Source: Holosporales bacterium (lineage in GTDB: Bacteria > Pseudomonadota > Alphaproteobacteria > Holosporales > CAZGKG01). From it: 64,000 nucleotides of DNA. The stretch lies in assembly GCA_044361745.1 (NCBI GenBank), contig JBIKIF010000002.1:23119-87118 (forward strand), in the 5' to 3' direction. Every line of letters begins with the position of its first letter. The first letter of the stretch is position 1. Below are positions 48,359 through 58,694 of this stretch, in pieces. The notes under the pieces are model-generated. The model was not told the DNA's origin. It worked only from the letters and a program-made list of their open reading frames with translations, and did not search any database. A program made the translations under genes and the position numbers.

Positions 48359-49327
48359 ATGCCAGAGAATCAGGTTCACCCAGCACTCCTGAAGCTCTCT
48401 AACGCTGTGGGTTTTGAACCTCCCCAGGGGGCCGATCCATACACCACTCTGAAGGCCTTCAATGATTTCTCCCAAACCCATTTCATTTTAGATCAACCAG
48501 GAACACAGAAGCTCCAAGAAGATTTTGCTCTTGGGGGTCGTTTTGCGGATAGAGAATCTGAGATCACAGCCGTCCTCAAACAGCTGGGGCTGGTAGGTTC
48601 TTTGAGTCCGACAGAGAAATCTTACGATCAGACGCTCGTTTTAGGGGCCACTTTTGAGGTCATGAACGCATCTCGGTTTGCATTTCTTGAAAAGAAGGTG
48701 TGGGATCAGGAGATTGAAATGGGGGATGTTTATCCCCTGACCAGCGAACGACCTCTCTACACGGACCCCACAAGTCGGCACACCCGCACCCATGAACGCC
48801 AAGATGTGGATCTATTTTGCCAGAAGCTTAAGATCGATCCCCAAACTATCCAAACGGAAGAGGATGCAGCTCAGTTATCCATTTGGGGCCTCCCCAAAGC
48901 ATTGCAGAACCGCATCAAAAGTCCTTCTGAGTTGGTGGTGGGGAAGCGTTCAGATGGGTCGAGGGCCAACACCCAAGACACCATTGAACGCTGGATCAGT
49001 CATGAGGGGGTTCCAATCCTTCGGGGGAAAAAAATCCTTGTGATTACAGACAATCCATTCATCTCTCGTCAGAGAGAGGATTTTTGGAATGTGCTCAAAA
49101 AGCATGGCCTCTCAGAGACAGAGATCACCATCGAGTGTGTGGGCTATGATCTGGGAGATGTTTTACGGCCTTCTGGGAAGAACGGGGTCCCGGACGCCAC
49201 CTTCAAACAGGTTGCGCTGTTCCGACGACTCGATAACCTCGCCCGCTGGATCTATACTTGGCTCCAAGGCCATCCACCTGCTCAGCAAAATCTCTCAAGC
49301 CTCTCAAGCGATCGCAGCGGCGATTGA
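48359..49327 (+). CDS. Hypothetical protein, possibly DUF218/YdcF-like
   Basis: Blocks YDQTLVLGA…, SRANTQDTIERWI and KILVITDNPFISRQREDF loosely follow the DUF218 pattern (VLG…, S.NT.EN…, ilVTs.fHm.Ra). The ORF is open from GTG 48326. Its 3' end abuts repeat copy B (starts 49324, at the stop codon); the upstream tail shows only weak repeat similarity. Confidence 0.35.
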   Translation: MPENQVHPALLKLSNAVGFEPPQGADPYTTLKAFNDFSQTHFILDQPGTQKLQEDFALGGRFADRESEITAVLKQLGLVGSLSPTEKSYDQTLVLGATFEVMNASRFAFLEKKVWDQEIEMGDVYPLTSERPLYTDPTSRHTRTHERQDVDLFCQKLKIDPQTIQTEEDAAQLSIWGLPKALQNRIKSPSELVVGKRSDGSRANTQDTIERWISHEGVPILRGKKILVITDNPFISRQREDFWNVLKKHGLSETEITIECVGYDLGDVLRPSGKNGVPDATFKQVALFRRLDNLARWIYTWLQGHPPAQQNLSSLSSDRSGD

Positions 49328-49455
49328 AGCTCCCATCCGGGATCTATTTGCACATCATAATCCGCCTTGAAATGGATAGCGAGGCCTGGAAATGGATAGT
49401 GGCTCAAGGTTCGCCTCCAAGAAAAGCTTGGGCATCCTCTCAGGCCGTCATGACA
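49324..49455 (+). repeat. Dispersed palindromic repeat, copy B (5' third missing or buried in the CDS; internal 20-nt duplication)
   Basis: CCATCCGGGATCTATTTGCA…CCTTGAAATGGATAGCGAGGCCTGGAAATGGATAGTGGCTCAAGG…CCAAGAAAAGCTTGGGCATCCTCTCAGGCCGTCATGACA aligns with copies A, C and F. Confidence 0.75.
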
Positions 49456-49482
49456 TCGATAAGGGGCTGGTAGGGCAGCTCT

Positions 49483-50853
49483 TTAAGGTGTCACCGCCCT
49501 CAGGACTCCATCGGCAAAATGGAGTTGGAGTGGGGTTTGGGGTGGGACATTTTGGGAAGACGTGAGCAGACCGCCCTCATCCAGGCGGACGGCACAAAAC
49601 CCCCGGTCTAGGGTGCGTTTGTAGGAGAGGCTTTCAAGCAGTTGACTGGCGGTTTGAAAGCGCCGTTTCTCCGCTATGAAAAAAGCCTGAAGGCTTTGGG
49701 TGAGCCGGTGGGTGAGGGTGTCCAGCCGCAAGCGGGCCCGTTCGCAAGCCCATTCAGGGGTTTGAAGGCGACTGAACAGAAGGTCTGCTCTTTGTTGGAA
49801 ACGGCGCCAGAGAGGGTCTGAGGCCCTGAGGAGGCGTGCACTGAGGTCATCCAGCTGTTGGTCTCGAAGCCCAAGCAAGGCGTCCGCAGATCCAAAAGTT
49901 CGGGCGAACAGCTGTAGGCGCAAAGACAGGCGCTCTAGCGTGCGGTAAAGGGTGTTTTGAGCGCGCCCTTCAAGGGCGCTTAAGGTTTCCAAAAGCCTCT
50001 CCCGAACCGGCACAACCATTTCTGCGGCCGCTGTGGGCGTTGGTGCACGCACGTCGGCCACATAATCGACCAGGGTGGTGTCTGTTTCATGGCCGATAGC
50101 AGAGACCACCGGAATCTGACTGGCGAATACGGCACGGACAATCTGTTCGCTGTTAAAGACCATGAGGTCTTCGCTGCTGCCTCCCCCACGGGCGAGAATG
50201 ATTACATCAGGCCTGGGACCCAAGGCCTCAGACCAGCGGTTCATCCCGTCGAGGGCCAGGCAGATTTCAGAGATGGCCGAGTCACCTTGTACATTCACAG
50301 GCCATAAGATCACCCGGGAAGGGAGGCGCTCTCGCAGGCGGTGGAGGATATCTTGAATGACGGCACCAGTGGCAGACGTGATCACCCCAATGCGGAGGGG
50401 CAGAAGGGGCAGCGTCTTTTTATGGGCGAGTTCAAACAGACCTTCCGCCCGGAGTTTTGCTTTTAGCTGTTCCAGAAGCTTGAGGAGAGCCCCTTCCCCG
50501 GTCAGAGACACATGATCTACCACCAGCTGGTACTTAGAGCGTAAAGGGTAAGTGGTGATCCTCCCTCTGCACACAACTTCTGCCCCCTCTTGAAGGCAGT
50601 GTTCTGCCCGCCCCGCGTTCCCACGCCAGCACACCGCATCCAGAACCGCAGTGTCATCTTTGAGGGCAAAATAGAGGTGACCGGAGGTGTGCTTTTTTGG
50701 GGCCACCACCTCTCCCCGGACACAAATGTCCCGAAATCCTTCTTCCACAGAGCGCTTCAAAATCCTCGACAAATCTCCCACAGAAAATTCTGGTCGACTG
50801 GGGAAATCCTGGAGGTCCGGTGCGTCTTCCGCGCTTCCAAAATATTTATCCAT
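49483..50853 (-). CDS. xseA: Exodeoxyribonuclease VII large subunit
   Basis: 456 aa. N-terminal OB-fold region (…VRGEV…GHLYFALKD…), a catalytic core (…GVITS..GA…D…RGGGS.EDL..FN), and a coiled-coil tail. Confidence 0.9.
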   Translation of the reverse strand: MDKYFGSAEDAPDLQDFPSRPEFSVGDLSRILKRSVEEGFRDICVRGEVVAPKKHTSGHLYFALKDDTAVLDAVCWRGNAGRAEHCLQEGAEVVCRGRITTYPLRSKYQLVVDHVSLTGEGALLKLLEQLKAKLRAEGLFELAHKKTLPLLPLRIGVITSATGAVIQDILHRLRERLPSRVILWPVNVQGDSAISEICLALDGMNRWSEALGPRPDVIILARGGGSSEDLMVFNSEQIVRAVFASQIPVVSAIGHETDTTLVDYVADVRAPTPTAAAEMVVPVRERLLETLSALEGRAQNTLYRTLERLSLRLQLFARTFGSADALLGLRDQQLDDLSARLLRASDPLWRRFQQRADLLFSRLQTPEWACERARLRLDTLTHRLTQSLQAFFIAEKRRFQTASQLLESLSYKRTLDRGFCAVRLDEGGLLTSSQNVPPQTPLQLHFADGVLRAVTP

Positions 50854-51245
50854 GAGAGCGACCTCCTGAACCTGCTATCGGCCGTTCCAGCGTGGCGGGT
50901 TTGGGGGTGGTTTGAGGGGGGGAGTGGTATAGTTTTGACAGGGTTTTATGTCCTTGTAAGAATTGATGTCTAAGGGTTTCAGGATGTTTAGTGGCGTTTT
51001 CTGGGGGGGAGAAAAAAATCCTCACAAAAGAGCTCTTTTTGGGAATGTCAGGGATGATTTTACTTTACCAAACAACGAAGGCCAAATGCAAATTTAAAGG
51101 GGCGTTTCGCTATAAAAACCCTCTATCAAATGATCCCAGGCCTCATGTCCACTCCACCGCCGGCCACCATCCCCATATTCAGTTGGGTACACGTTAGTAC
51201 CCCATTCAATCAATAGGTGCCATCGTTGACCTGGGCACACTGAGT

Positions 51246-52868
<1,623 letters not shown>

Positions 52869-53138
52869 TTAGATAAATAAATCTGCATGGGTGCCTGTTC
52901 TTTCACAAATGATACAACCCTCTATGGGTTTGTAAATGAGCAGCCAATCCGGTTCAACATGGCATTCGCGGCGCCCTCCATAGGATCCGGAAAGCCCATG
53001 GTCTTTGTGTTTCACCGGAAGCGGTTGCGCGCTCAGAATCCGCTCCATCACCTTTTGAATTTTTGTTAAATCTTTGCCGTGTTTCTGAGCGAGTTTCATA
53101 TCCCTTTTAAATTGTCCAGTGTAAACAAAATCAAACAT
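52869..53138 (-). CDS. yafQ: Type II toxin, YafQ/RelE-family mRNA interferase
   Basis: 89 aa. …YTGQFKRDMKLAQKHGKDL…LPVKHKDHGLSGSYGGRRECHVEPDWLLIYK…ERTGTHADLF parallels E. coli YafQ almost block for block. Confidence 0.85.
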   Translation of the reverse strand: MFDFVYTGQFKRDMKLAQKHGKDLTKIQKVMERILSAQPLPVKHKDHGLSGSYGGRRECHVEPDWLLIYKPIEGCIICERTGTHADLFI

Positions 53139-53140
53139 TG

Positions 53141-53395
53141 TTAAAGAGTCTTCAAAAAATCTTGGACTGTTTCACCGCGAGAGAGATCCTTCTCTTGATC
53201 CGTGGTTTCAAAGGTTTTTCGGGTCAGAGAATTCGGAATTTTAACATCAAAGGGAAGACCATGATGGAGCCGGACTTGGTGAAGAAAAAGCTGTATAGCG
53301 TCTGACATGGAAAGCCCCAACGTTCCGAGTAAAGTCTCCACCTCCGTCTTGAGATGGGGATCAATACGTGCACGTACAGTTTCTGTCTTGCTCAT
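53141..53395 (-). CDS. dinJ: Type II antitoxin, DinJ/RelB family
   Basis: 84 aa. …VRARIDPHLKTEVETLLGTLGLSMSDAIQLFLHQV…GLPFDVKIPN… parallels DinJ. Its stop lies 2 nt before the yafQ start. Confidence 0.85.
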   Translation of the reverse strand: MSKTETVRARIDPHLKTEVETLLGTLGLSMSDAIQLFLHQVRLHHGLPFDVKIPNSLTRKTFETTDQEKDLSRGETVQDFLKTL

Positions 53396-53423
53396 TGTCC
53401 AGTTCTCCTCAATTCTTGGGAAA

Positions 53424-53449
53424 ATTGTAGCATTTTTGGGCTACAATTA
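53424..53449 (-). promoter_or_regulatory. Candidate DinJ-YafQ operator (perfect inverted repeat)
   Basis: AATTGTAGC-N8-GCTACAATT is a perfect 9-bp inverted repeat. It sits 30-55 nt upstream of the dinJ start, in the 71-nt ctaC-dinJ gap, with a GAGGAG RBS downstream. Confidence 0.4.
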
Positions 53450-53466
53450 CAAGGGGTATTCGCTCT

Positions 53467-54258
53467 TCAGGACCCGCCTTTCCCCTTTTCTGCCGCTAAC
53501 CAACGGGCAAACTCTGGTTTGGGAACCACTTTCACGGCAATGGGCATGAGCCCATGATTGATCCCACAGAGTTCAGAACATTGTCCATAGTAAGTGCCTG
53601 TGCGGGTGGCGCGGAACCAGGTTTCCGTCAGGCGCCCTGGAATCGTATCGGTTTTGATGCCAAAGGCGGGGACAGCCCAACTGTGGATGACATCTGAGGA
53701 GGTCAGGATCACCCGGATTGTTGTCTTTTCTGGCACTACAAGGGGGTGATCCACGGCGAGGAGGCGCAGCTCCCGGGGGCCAGGTTTCGTTTCAAGAAGG
53801 CTGTCAAACCCAACATCATGGTCTGGATATTCGTAGGTCCAGTACCACTGGTGTCCTGTGACTTTGACCGTCAGATCCGCGTCCACTGATCGGTCCATAT
53901 AAAAGAGCAGTTTTAAGGAAGGGACTGCCAAACACACCAGGATCAGGACAGGGACCAGGGTCCAGGCGACTTCAAGCCATGGGTTTTCCCGGAACTCTTG
54001 GGGCTCTTTTTGGCGAGACGCACGAAAGCGCCAAAGAATGTAGGCCAATGCGATAAAAACAACACAAACAATTCCAAATCCAACGCTGGTGACGAGGGTG
54101 TGAAATGCGGTGATTTTTTCCATGACAGGTGTGGCGGCCGGTTGCATCCCCATTTGCCAGGGGACCGGTTGGTTTGCCCATAGTTGACTGGAGGCCCCCA
54201 ACAACCCAAGGGCCAGATATCCTTGAAAGGCAATAGCTTGAGAGCAAAAACCACGCAT
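53467..54258 (-). CDS. ctaC: Cytochrome c oxidase subunit II
   Basis: 263 aa. Two TM helices and the CuA site …DVIHSWAVPAFG…CSELCGINHGLMP…. Confidence 0.9.
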   Translation of the reverse strand: MRGFCSQAIAFQGYLALGLLGASSQLWANQPVPWQMGMQPAATPVMEKITAFHTLVTSVGFGIVCVVFIALAYILWRFRASRQKEPQEFRENPWLEVAWTLVPVLILVCLAVPSLKLLFYMDRSVDADLTVKVTGHQWYWTYEYPDHDVGFDSLLETKPGPRELRLLAVDHPLVVPEKTTIRVILTSSDVIHSWAVPAFGIKTDTIPGRLTETWFRATRTGTYYGQCSELCGINHGLMPIAVKVVPKPEFARWLAAEKGKGGS

Positions 54259-54364
54259 GAGGGCAGGGTAGCATAGACTGCCTTGAGGTCAAGGGCTTCC
54301 ATTTTCCAATTAAAACAAAGTGTTAAGATATGATCCATATTTTTTATCTATAATAGTCATAGCT

Positions 54365-54424
54365 ATAGTGAAAGGAATCTCTCTATGGATAAGAATAGTG
54401 AAAGGAATGTTTCTATGAATAAGA
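54365..54424 (+). repeat. Tandem 30-nt duplication covering the RBS and start codon
   Basis: ATAGTGAAAGGAATCTCTCTATGGATAAGA / ATAGTGAAAGGAATGTTTCTATGAATAAGA are 27/30 identical by manual count. This gives in-frame ATGs at 54385 and 54415. Confidence 0.8.
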
Positions 54425-55143
54425 TATTTTGGTTTTTAGGGTTGTGTTTGTCCACCGTTGGTGTGACGGGCGCTCTTCAAGCAGGTCAGAACCCCTCAAA
54501 ACAGGCCCCCTCAAAACAGGCTGAGGATTCAGAGTGGTCTTCTTCAGAGGAGGATTTTTCAGATTCGTCTTCTTCAGAAGAGGATGTTCCTGATGAACCC
54601 GTGGATCCATCTGAAGGGGCCGCTGCTGCTGCTCCAGCAAGGCTGAGTGTACGGGATCGAGTGCGAATGTTTGAACAAGGACCTGCAACCTCTGAGGAAA
54701 AACCCATGCGATCTGCGGCGGAATTGTCACGGGATCAAGTGCGAATGTTTGAACAAGGATCTGCAACCTCTGAGAGAAAACCCATTCGATCTGCGTCGGA
54801 ATTGTCTCCAGACCAGATTAATGTCATCGCTAGAGGTTTTCAGGAAGGTATTTTGGCAGGAGCGGACCTGATCAACCAACGGCGCGCGTTGCAAAAACAA
54901 TTGCAAGCTAAGCGGGCGGCCTTTCAAGCTGAGGATGCAGTCAAACAAGCTGAAATGGCCTCTGTTCAGGGGGGGTGGGGTTTCGCAAGCGCTTTAGATA
55001 GTATTTGGGGAGGCAAAAAAGCCGCTTTTCAGAAGTGGCGTGCTAGGGAGATGGCCCTCATCGAGAGTTTAGAACAACAGATTTCTGATATTGAGAGGGA
55101 TATAGAAACGCTTCAAAGAAAAACGCGTCAAAGAGGGGGATAA
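54415..55143 (+). CDS. Hypothetical secreted repeat protein (acidic Ser/Glu tract, 26-aa tandem repeat, coiled-coil tail)
   Basis: From the second ATG the N-terminus is a clean signal peptide (MNKIFWFLGLCLSTVGVTGALQA). It is followed by SSSEEDFSDSSSSEEDVPDEP, 2x (R)D.VRMFEQG.ATSE.KP.RSA.ELS, and a heptad-like C-terminus. The ORF is also open from 54385. Confidence 0.45.
   Translation: MNKIFWFLGLCLSTVGVTGALQAGQNPSKQAPSKQAEDSEWSSSEEDFSDSSSSEEDVPDEPVDPSEGAAAAAPARLSVRDRVRMFEQGPATSEEKPMRSAAELSRDQVRMFEQGSATSERKPIRSASELSPDQINVIARGFQEGILAGADLINQRRALQKQLQAKRAAFQAEDAVKQAEMASVQGGWGFASALDSIWGGKKAAFQKWRAREMALIESLEQQISDIERDIETLQRKTRQRGG
54652..54807 (+). repeat. 78-nt tandem repeat x2 inside the secreted-protein gene
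   Basis: Units 54652-54729 and 54730-54807 differ at about 7 positions by manual count. They are in frame and encode the VRMFEQG…ELS repeat. Confidence 0.85.
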
Positions 55144-55208
55144 TCAGCTTGTTTTTCTGGGCAGCTGAGGGTGTGGACTTTCAAACCGGCTTTGGAACGT
55201 CGGTTTGA

Positions 55209-56306
55209 TTATACACACCCTAAGATGCATTCAGAAATTTTTTCACTGGCATCAGGGGTTCTCAGGTGGTTCATGTGCGCTGCGGCTTGAGTCAGGATAT
55301 TTGGATCTTCTAAAATACCTGTCAGAAGATCCACGACAGAGCTAGGGTCAGAGGTAAGTGCGGATTCAGAAGCGCACCACCCTCCACCCTTGGTCACAAC
55401 CGTTTGGCAGTTGGCCATTTGATGGTTTTGTTTCGCATGGGGATAGGGAATAAAGAGGGCGGGGCGCCCCACTTCCATCAGCTCTCCCAGGGTTGAAGCG
55501 CCTGAACGTGCCACAACCAAATGGGCTTGGGCTAGGGCTGCTCCTATGTCCTCAATGAATGGCTCTCCCTTGAAACGAATGCCTGTGTTTTTGTAGGCTT
55601 CGTGCGTTGCTCCGAGAAGATCAGGGCGACATTGCTGATGGAGAAAGAGGCGTGTTTGCAGCTCCTTGGGGAGCCCTTTCAAAACAGTGGGGAGGGCTGT
55701 TGAAAAAATCCGGGCGCCTTGACTTCCACCAATGACTAAAAGACGAATGTCTCCCTTCGGTGTAGGAGGGGTGTAGGGAACCGGGACAATGCCTTCTCGC
55801 ACAGGAATACCGACCCATTTCACTTTTTCAGAAGGAAACAGCCCCCAAGTTTTTCGAACGCTGGTGTTGATGATCTTTGCAAAGCGGAGCAAAAAACGAT
55901 TGGCCTGTCCCAAGATTGCATCTGCCTGATATAAACCGATGGGAATGCGGGCTATGCGTGCGACTAAGAGAGGAAGCAAAGTCATCTTGCCCCCAAACCC
56001 CCAAAGCACTTTGGGTTGGATGCGTTTGAGAATTCGCAGGATTTTAAGGGCAGACATCCCTTGCTCTTGGAGTGTTTTTCCTGTGCGCCAAAGGTTGATG
56101 CTTAAATGGGCTGTCGGCAGGACAAAAACTGATTCGAATAAATCTTGCGGGACGTAGGTAGTCCCCCGCACATCTGTCATTAGATGAACAGCGCATCCCT
56201 TGGCTTTCAATTTTTGGGCAACAGAAACCGCTGGAAAAAGGTGGCCTCCTGTTCCTCCCGCACAGAGAATGATACAGGGAGTGGCAAGGGAATGCTCTGA
56301 ACTCAT
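55209..56306 (-). CDS. murG: UDP-GlcNAc:lipid I N-acetylglucosaminyltransferase MurG
   Basis: 365 aa with N-terminal …CAGGTGGHLFPA… and a C-terminal …ARSGASTLGEL… motif. Confidence 0.9.
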   Translation of the reverse strand: MSSEHSLATPCIILCAGGTGGHLFPAVSVAQKLKAKGCAVHLMTDVRGTTYVPQDLFESVFVLPTAHLSINLWRTGKTLQEQGMSALKILRILKRIQPKVLWGFGGKMTLLPLLVARIARIPIGLYQADAILGQANRFLLRFAKIINTSVRKTWGLFPSEKVKWVGIPVREGIVPVPYTPPTPKGDIRLLVIGGSQGARIFSTALPTVLKGLPKELQTRLFLHQQCRPDLLGATHEAYKNTGIRFKGEPFIEDIGAALAQAHLVVARSGASTLGELMEVGRPALFIPYPHAKQNHQMANCQTVVTKGGGWCASESALTSDPSSVVDLLTGILEDPNILTQAAAHMNHLRTPDASEKISECILGCV

Positions 56307-56423
56307 GATTCAATCCTCAGTCTCATCTATTTTCAAATAAAAAATAAATTCTGGGGCGTCTCTTGATTGACAGGTCACCAGAAGCGTTTCATTCTTAAAG
56401 GCGTCTTCATAAGGTATCCAACC

Positions 56424-57272
56424 ATGACACCATTTGTGATTGTTACGGGTCTTTCAGGTGCTGGCAAGTCTCTTCTTTTAAGATCTCTCGAAGATTTAGG
56501 TTATGAGGTCATTGATAACCTTCCTCTCTCCTTGTTGCTCACCGCTGCGCGGGAGGAGAGGGTTCAGGGCCGTCCCATCGCTTTTGGGATCGATGTTCGG
56601 TCTCGTCATTTTTCTGGGGAGGAGCTGAGGCGTATTTTGTCAGATCTCAGAACTTCTGGGATTGCGGTCACTTTGCTCTTTCTGGAGAGCGATGATGCGA
56701 TTTTAGAGCGCAGGTACCGAGAAACCCGCCGGCACCATCCGCTTGTGGGGGACTCCACTTTGGCAAAAGGGATCCAAGAGGAACGGTTGCTTCTGGAGAG
56801 TCTCAGAGAGTGCGCAGATCAGATTTGGGATACGTCCCTTCTCACGCCACCGGAAGTGAAGGCGCGGGTCCGTGAGCAATTTACTTTTGAATTTCAGAAA
56901 ACACTCGTGATTCATGTGCTCTCCTTTGCATTTCGGGAAGGGATTCCAAGGGAGGCGGATATGCTTTTTGACCTGCGTTTCTTAAAAAATCCCCACTATG
57001 ATCCAGCCCTTAAAACCCTCACAGGGGAAGTGGAGCAAGTGCGGGCCTATATCGCCCAAGATCCAGTTTTTCAAAATTTTTGGGAACATCTGATGGGAAT
57101 GTTACGGCTGATGCTCCCTCGGATTGAAGACGAGGGTCGGAATTATTTCACGATTGCTTTTGGCTGCACTGGCGGCCAGCATCGCTCTGTTGCCATGGCT
57201 GAATGGACCAGCCGTTGGCTGAAGGCGGCGGGCTACACGGTTCAAACCCTTCACCGCGAGCTTGCCCGATGA
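56424..57272 (+). CDS. rapZ: RNase adapter / nucleotide-binding protein RapZ (YhbJ)
   Basis: …VIVTGLSGAGKS (Walker A) …LRSLEDLGYEVIDNLP… and C-terminal …GCTGGQHRSV…. Confidence 0.85.
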   Translation: MTPFVIVTGLSGAGKSLLLRSLEDLGYEVIDNLPLSLLLTAAREERVQGRPIAFGIDVRSRHFSGEELRRILSDLRTSGIAVTLLFLESDDAILERRYRETRRHHPLVGDSTLAKGIQEERLLLESLRECADQIWDTSLLTPPEVKARVREQFTFEFQKTLVIHVLSFAFREGIPREADMLFDLRFLKNPHYDPALKTLTGEVEQVRAYIAQDPVFQNFWEHLMGMLRLMLPRIEDEGRNYFTIAFGCTGGQHRSVAMAEWTSRWLKAAGYTVQTLHRELAR

Positions 57273-57496
57273 TGGGGAGGCTGGGGTCTTTGCTGTCCTT
57301 TTGTGGGCGGTGGCTAGGGGTATTTGCAATCGGGTTTTATCAAATCGTTCTGAGGGGACACTTGACCGGGGGCTGTCGCTTCACCCCCAGCTGTTCTATC
57401 TATACTAGGGAGCAAATCCTTCGCCATGGTCTGATGAAGGGAATCGTGTGCGGTTTGAGGCAGCTGTCTCAGTGCCATCCTTGGGGACGTGGTTAG
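57269..57496 (+). CDS. yidD: Membrane protein insertion efficiency factor YidD
   Basis: …FYQIVLRGHLTGGCRFTPSCSIYTREQILRHG…CHPW… The ATG overlaps the rapZ stop (ATGATG). Confidence 0.8.
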   Translation: MMGRLGSLLSFCGRWLGVFAIGFYQIVLRGHLTGGCRFTPSCSIYTREQILRHGLMKGIVCGLRQLSQCHPWGRG

Positions 57497-57517
57497 TCAT
57501 TCATCCGTTTATTCAAT

Positions 57518-57638
57518 GGTTTTTGTGCCGGCCGGGAGATGATGCCCAAGCTTTTCTTGGCCACGAGCCTTGAGCGGTATCCATGTCCAGGCCATGGATG
57601 TTTTGCTCAATGCATCTCTAGCCCTGAGATGGGTAATG
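57518..57638 (-). repeat. Dispersed palindromic repeat, copy F (short form, internal deletion)
   Basis: The plus strand reads …TGCCGGCCGGGAGATGATGCCCAAGCTTTTCTTGGCCACGAGCCTTGAGCGGTATCCATGTCCAGGCC…ATCTCTAGCCCTGAGATGGGTAATG, nearly collinear with copy C. It covers the stop codon and last codons of the deacetylase gene. Confidence 0.75.
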
Positions 57639-58346
57639 TTCCAGGGTGCGAAAAATATATCCTTTGTTTTTGAGGGTCCTGATGAGAAGGCGGAGCTCCG
57701 CACCATCCGGAGCCGTTCTGAACATCTGATCGTGGGCTAAAATAACCACATGGCCTGGCGTAAAAGATTTTTTCACTTCACCGTCAATCTGTTGCACTAA
57801 GCGCGTCACGGATTCATTGGAATCCCTCGTTTTTGAATGATGGCTCCATTCAATATCCCAACCAAAAACAGTGTAACCGTTCTCCTTCAAAAGCTGGGAA
57901 GAAGTTTTTCCACTTGGAATGTCGTACTTTGACCGAGAGCCCACTTCCCACATATTCCGTCCAGGAAGGCGGGCAATTTTTGAGGAAATCCCTAAAATTT
58001 TTTGATTCTTATTAAAATCTTTTAAAACATTCTGTGGGTCTTGATAATAACGAATATAGTGGTTATTGGCATGGGAAAAGCTATGATTTCCAATCAAAAC
58101 AAGCGGATTTTTTTCTCCTCGTTCCACAGACTGCCGCTGATCTTTTCCGTACAAATGACTGCCCACAAGAAACAGAGTGACTTCGACGCTTTCGGAATCC
58201 ACAGCTTCCAAAATCTCTGACATCCCCCCCAGCGGGCCATCATCAATGGTCAGATAAATATAGACAGGCGGCAAAAACTCATCAGCGACGGCTGAGCGGA
58301 TGATGCTGACTAAAAAAAACGAAAAAATTAAATTTAAAAATTTCAC
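57618..58346 (-). CDS. Polysaccharide deacetylase (NodB-homology domain), secreted
   Basis: Signal peptide MKFLNLIFSFFLVSIIRSAVA. NodB motifs TIDDGP and GNHSFSH. Confidence 0.75.
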   Translation of the reverse strand: MKFLNLIFSFFLVSIIRSAVADEFLPPVYIYLTIDDGPLGGMSEILEAVDSESVEVTLFLVGSHLYGKDQRQSVERGEKNPLVLIGNHSFSHANNHYIRYYQDPQNVLKDFNKNQKILGISSKIARLPGRNMWEVGSRSKYDIPSGKTSSQLLKENGYTVFGWDIEWSHHSKTRDSNESVTRLVQQIDGEVKKSFTPGHVVILAHDQMFRTAPDGAELRLLIRTLKNKGYIFRTLEHYPSQG

Positions 58347-58694
58347 AGGTTTCTCCAGAGATCAAAAACATAGGAAATATTATGGAATATAACTATCTAT
58401 AAAAAAATAATATTTTAGATTTAATTTTTATTAAAACTCTTGATTTTTTGAAAAATAGAGAAAAAAGAACTGAGTCGTATTGTTTTTTTAATGGACGCTG
58501 AGGTCGAATTGAGGGTTAATTGGGCCTGGCTTTCGTGACAATAAAAAATCATGATTTTTTCATAGTCTATGTGAAATTTTACAGAAAAAATCGAATAAAT
58601 ACAATATTTTTAAAAAACTTGTAAAATCCATGAAGACTATTTTAACAAAAGAAAGAGATGATAATCCTGACGTATTCAAGACAGTGAGGCATTC

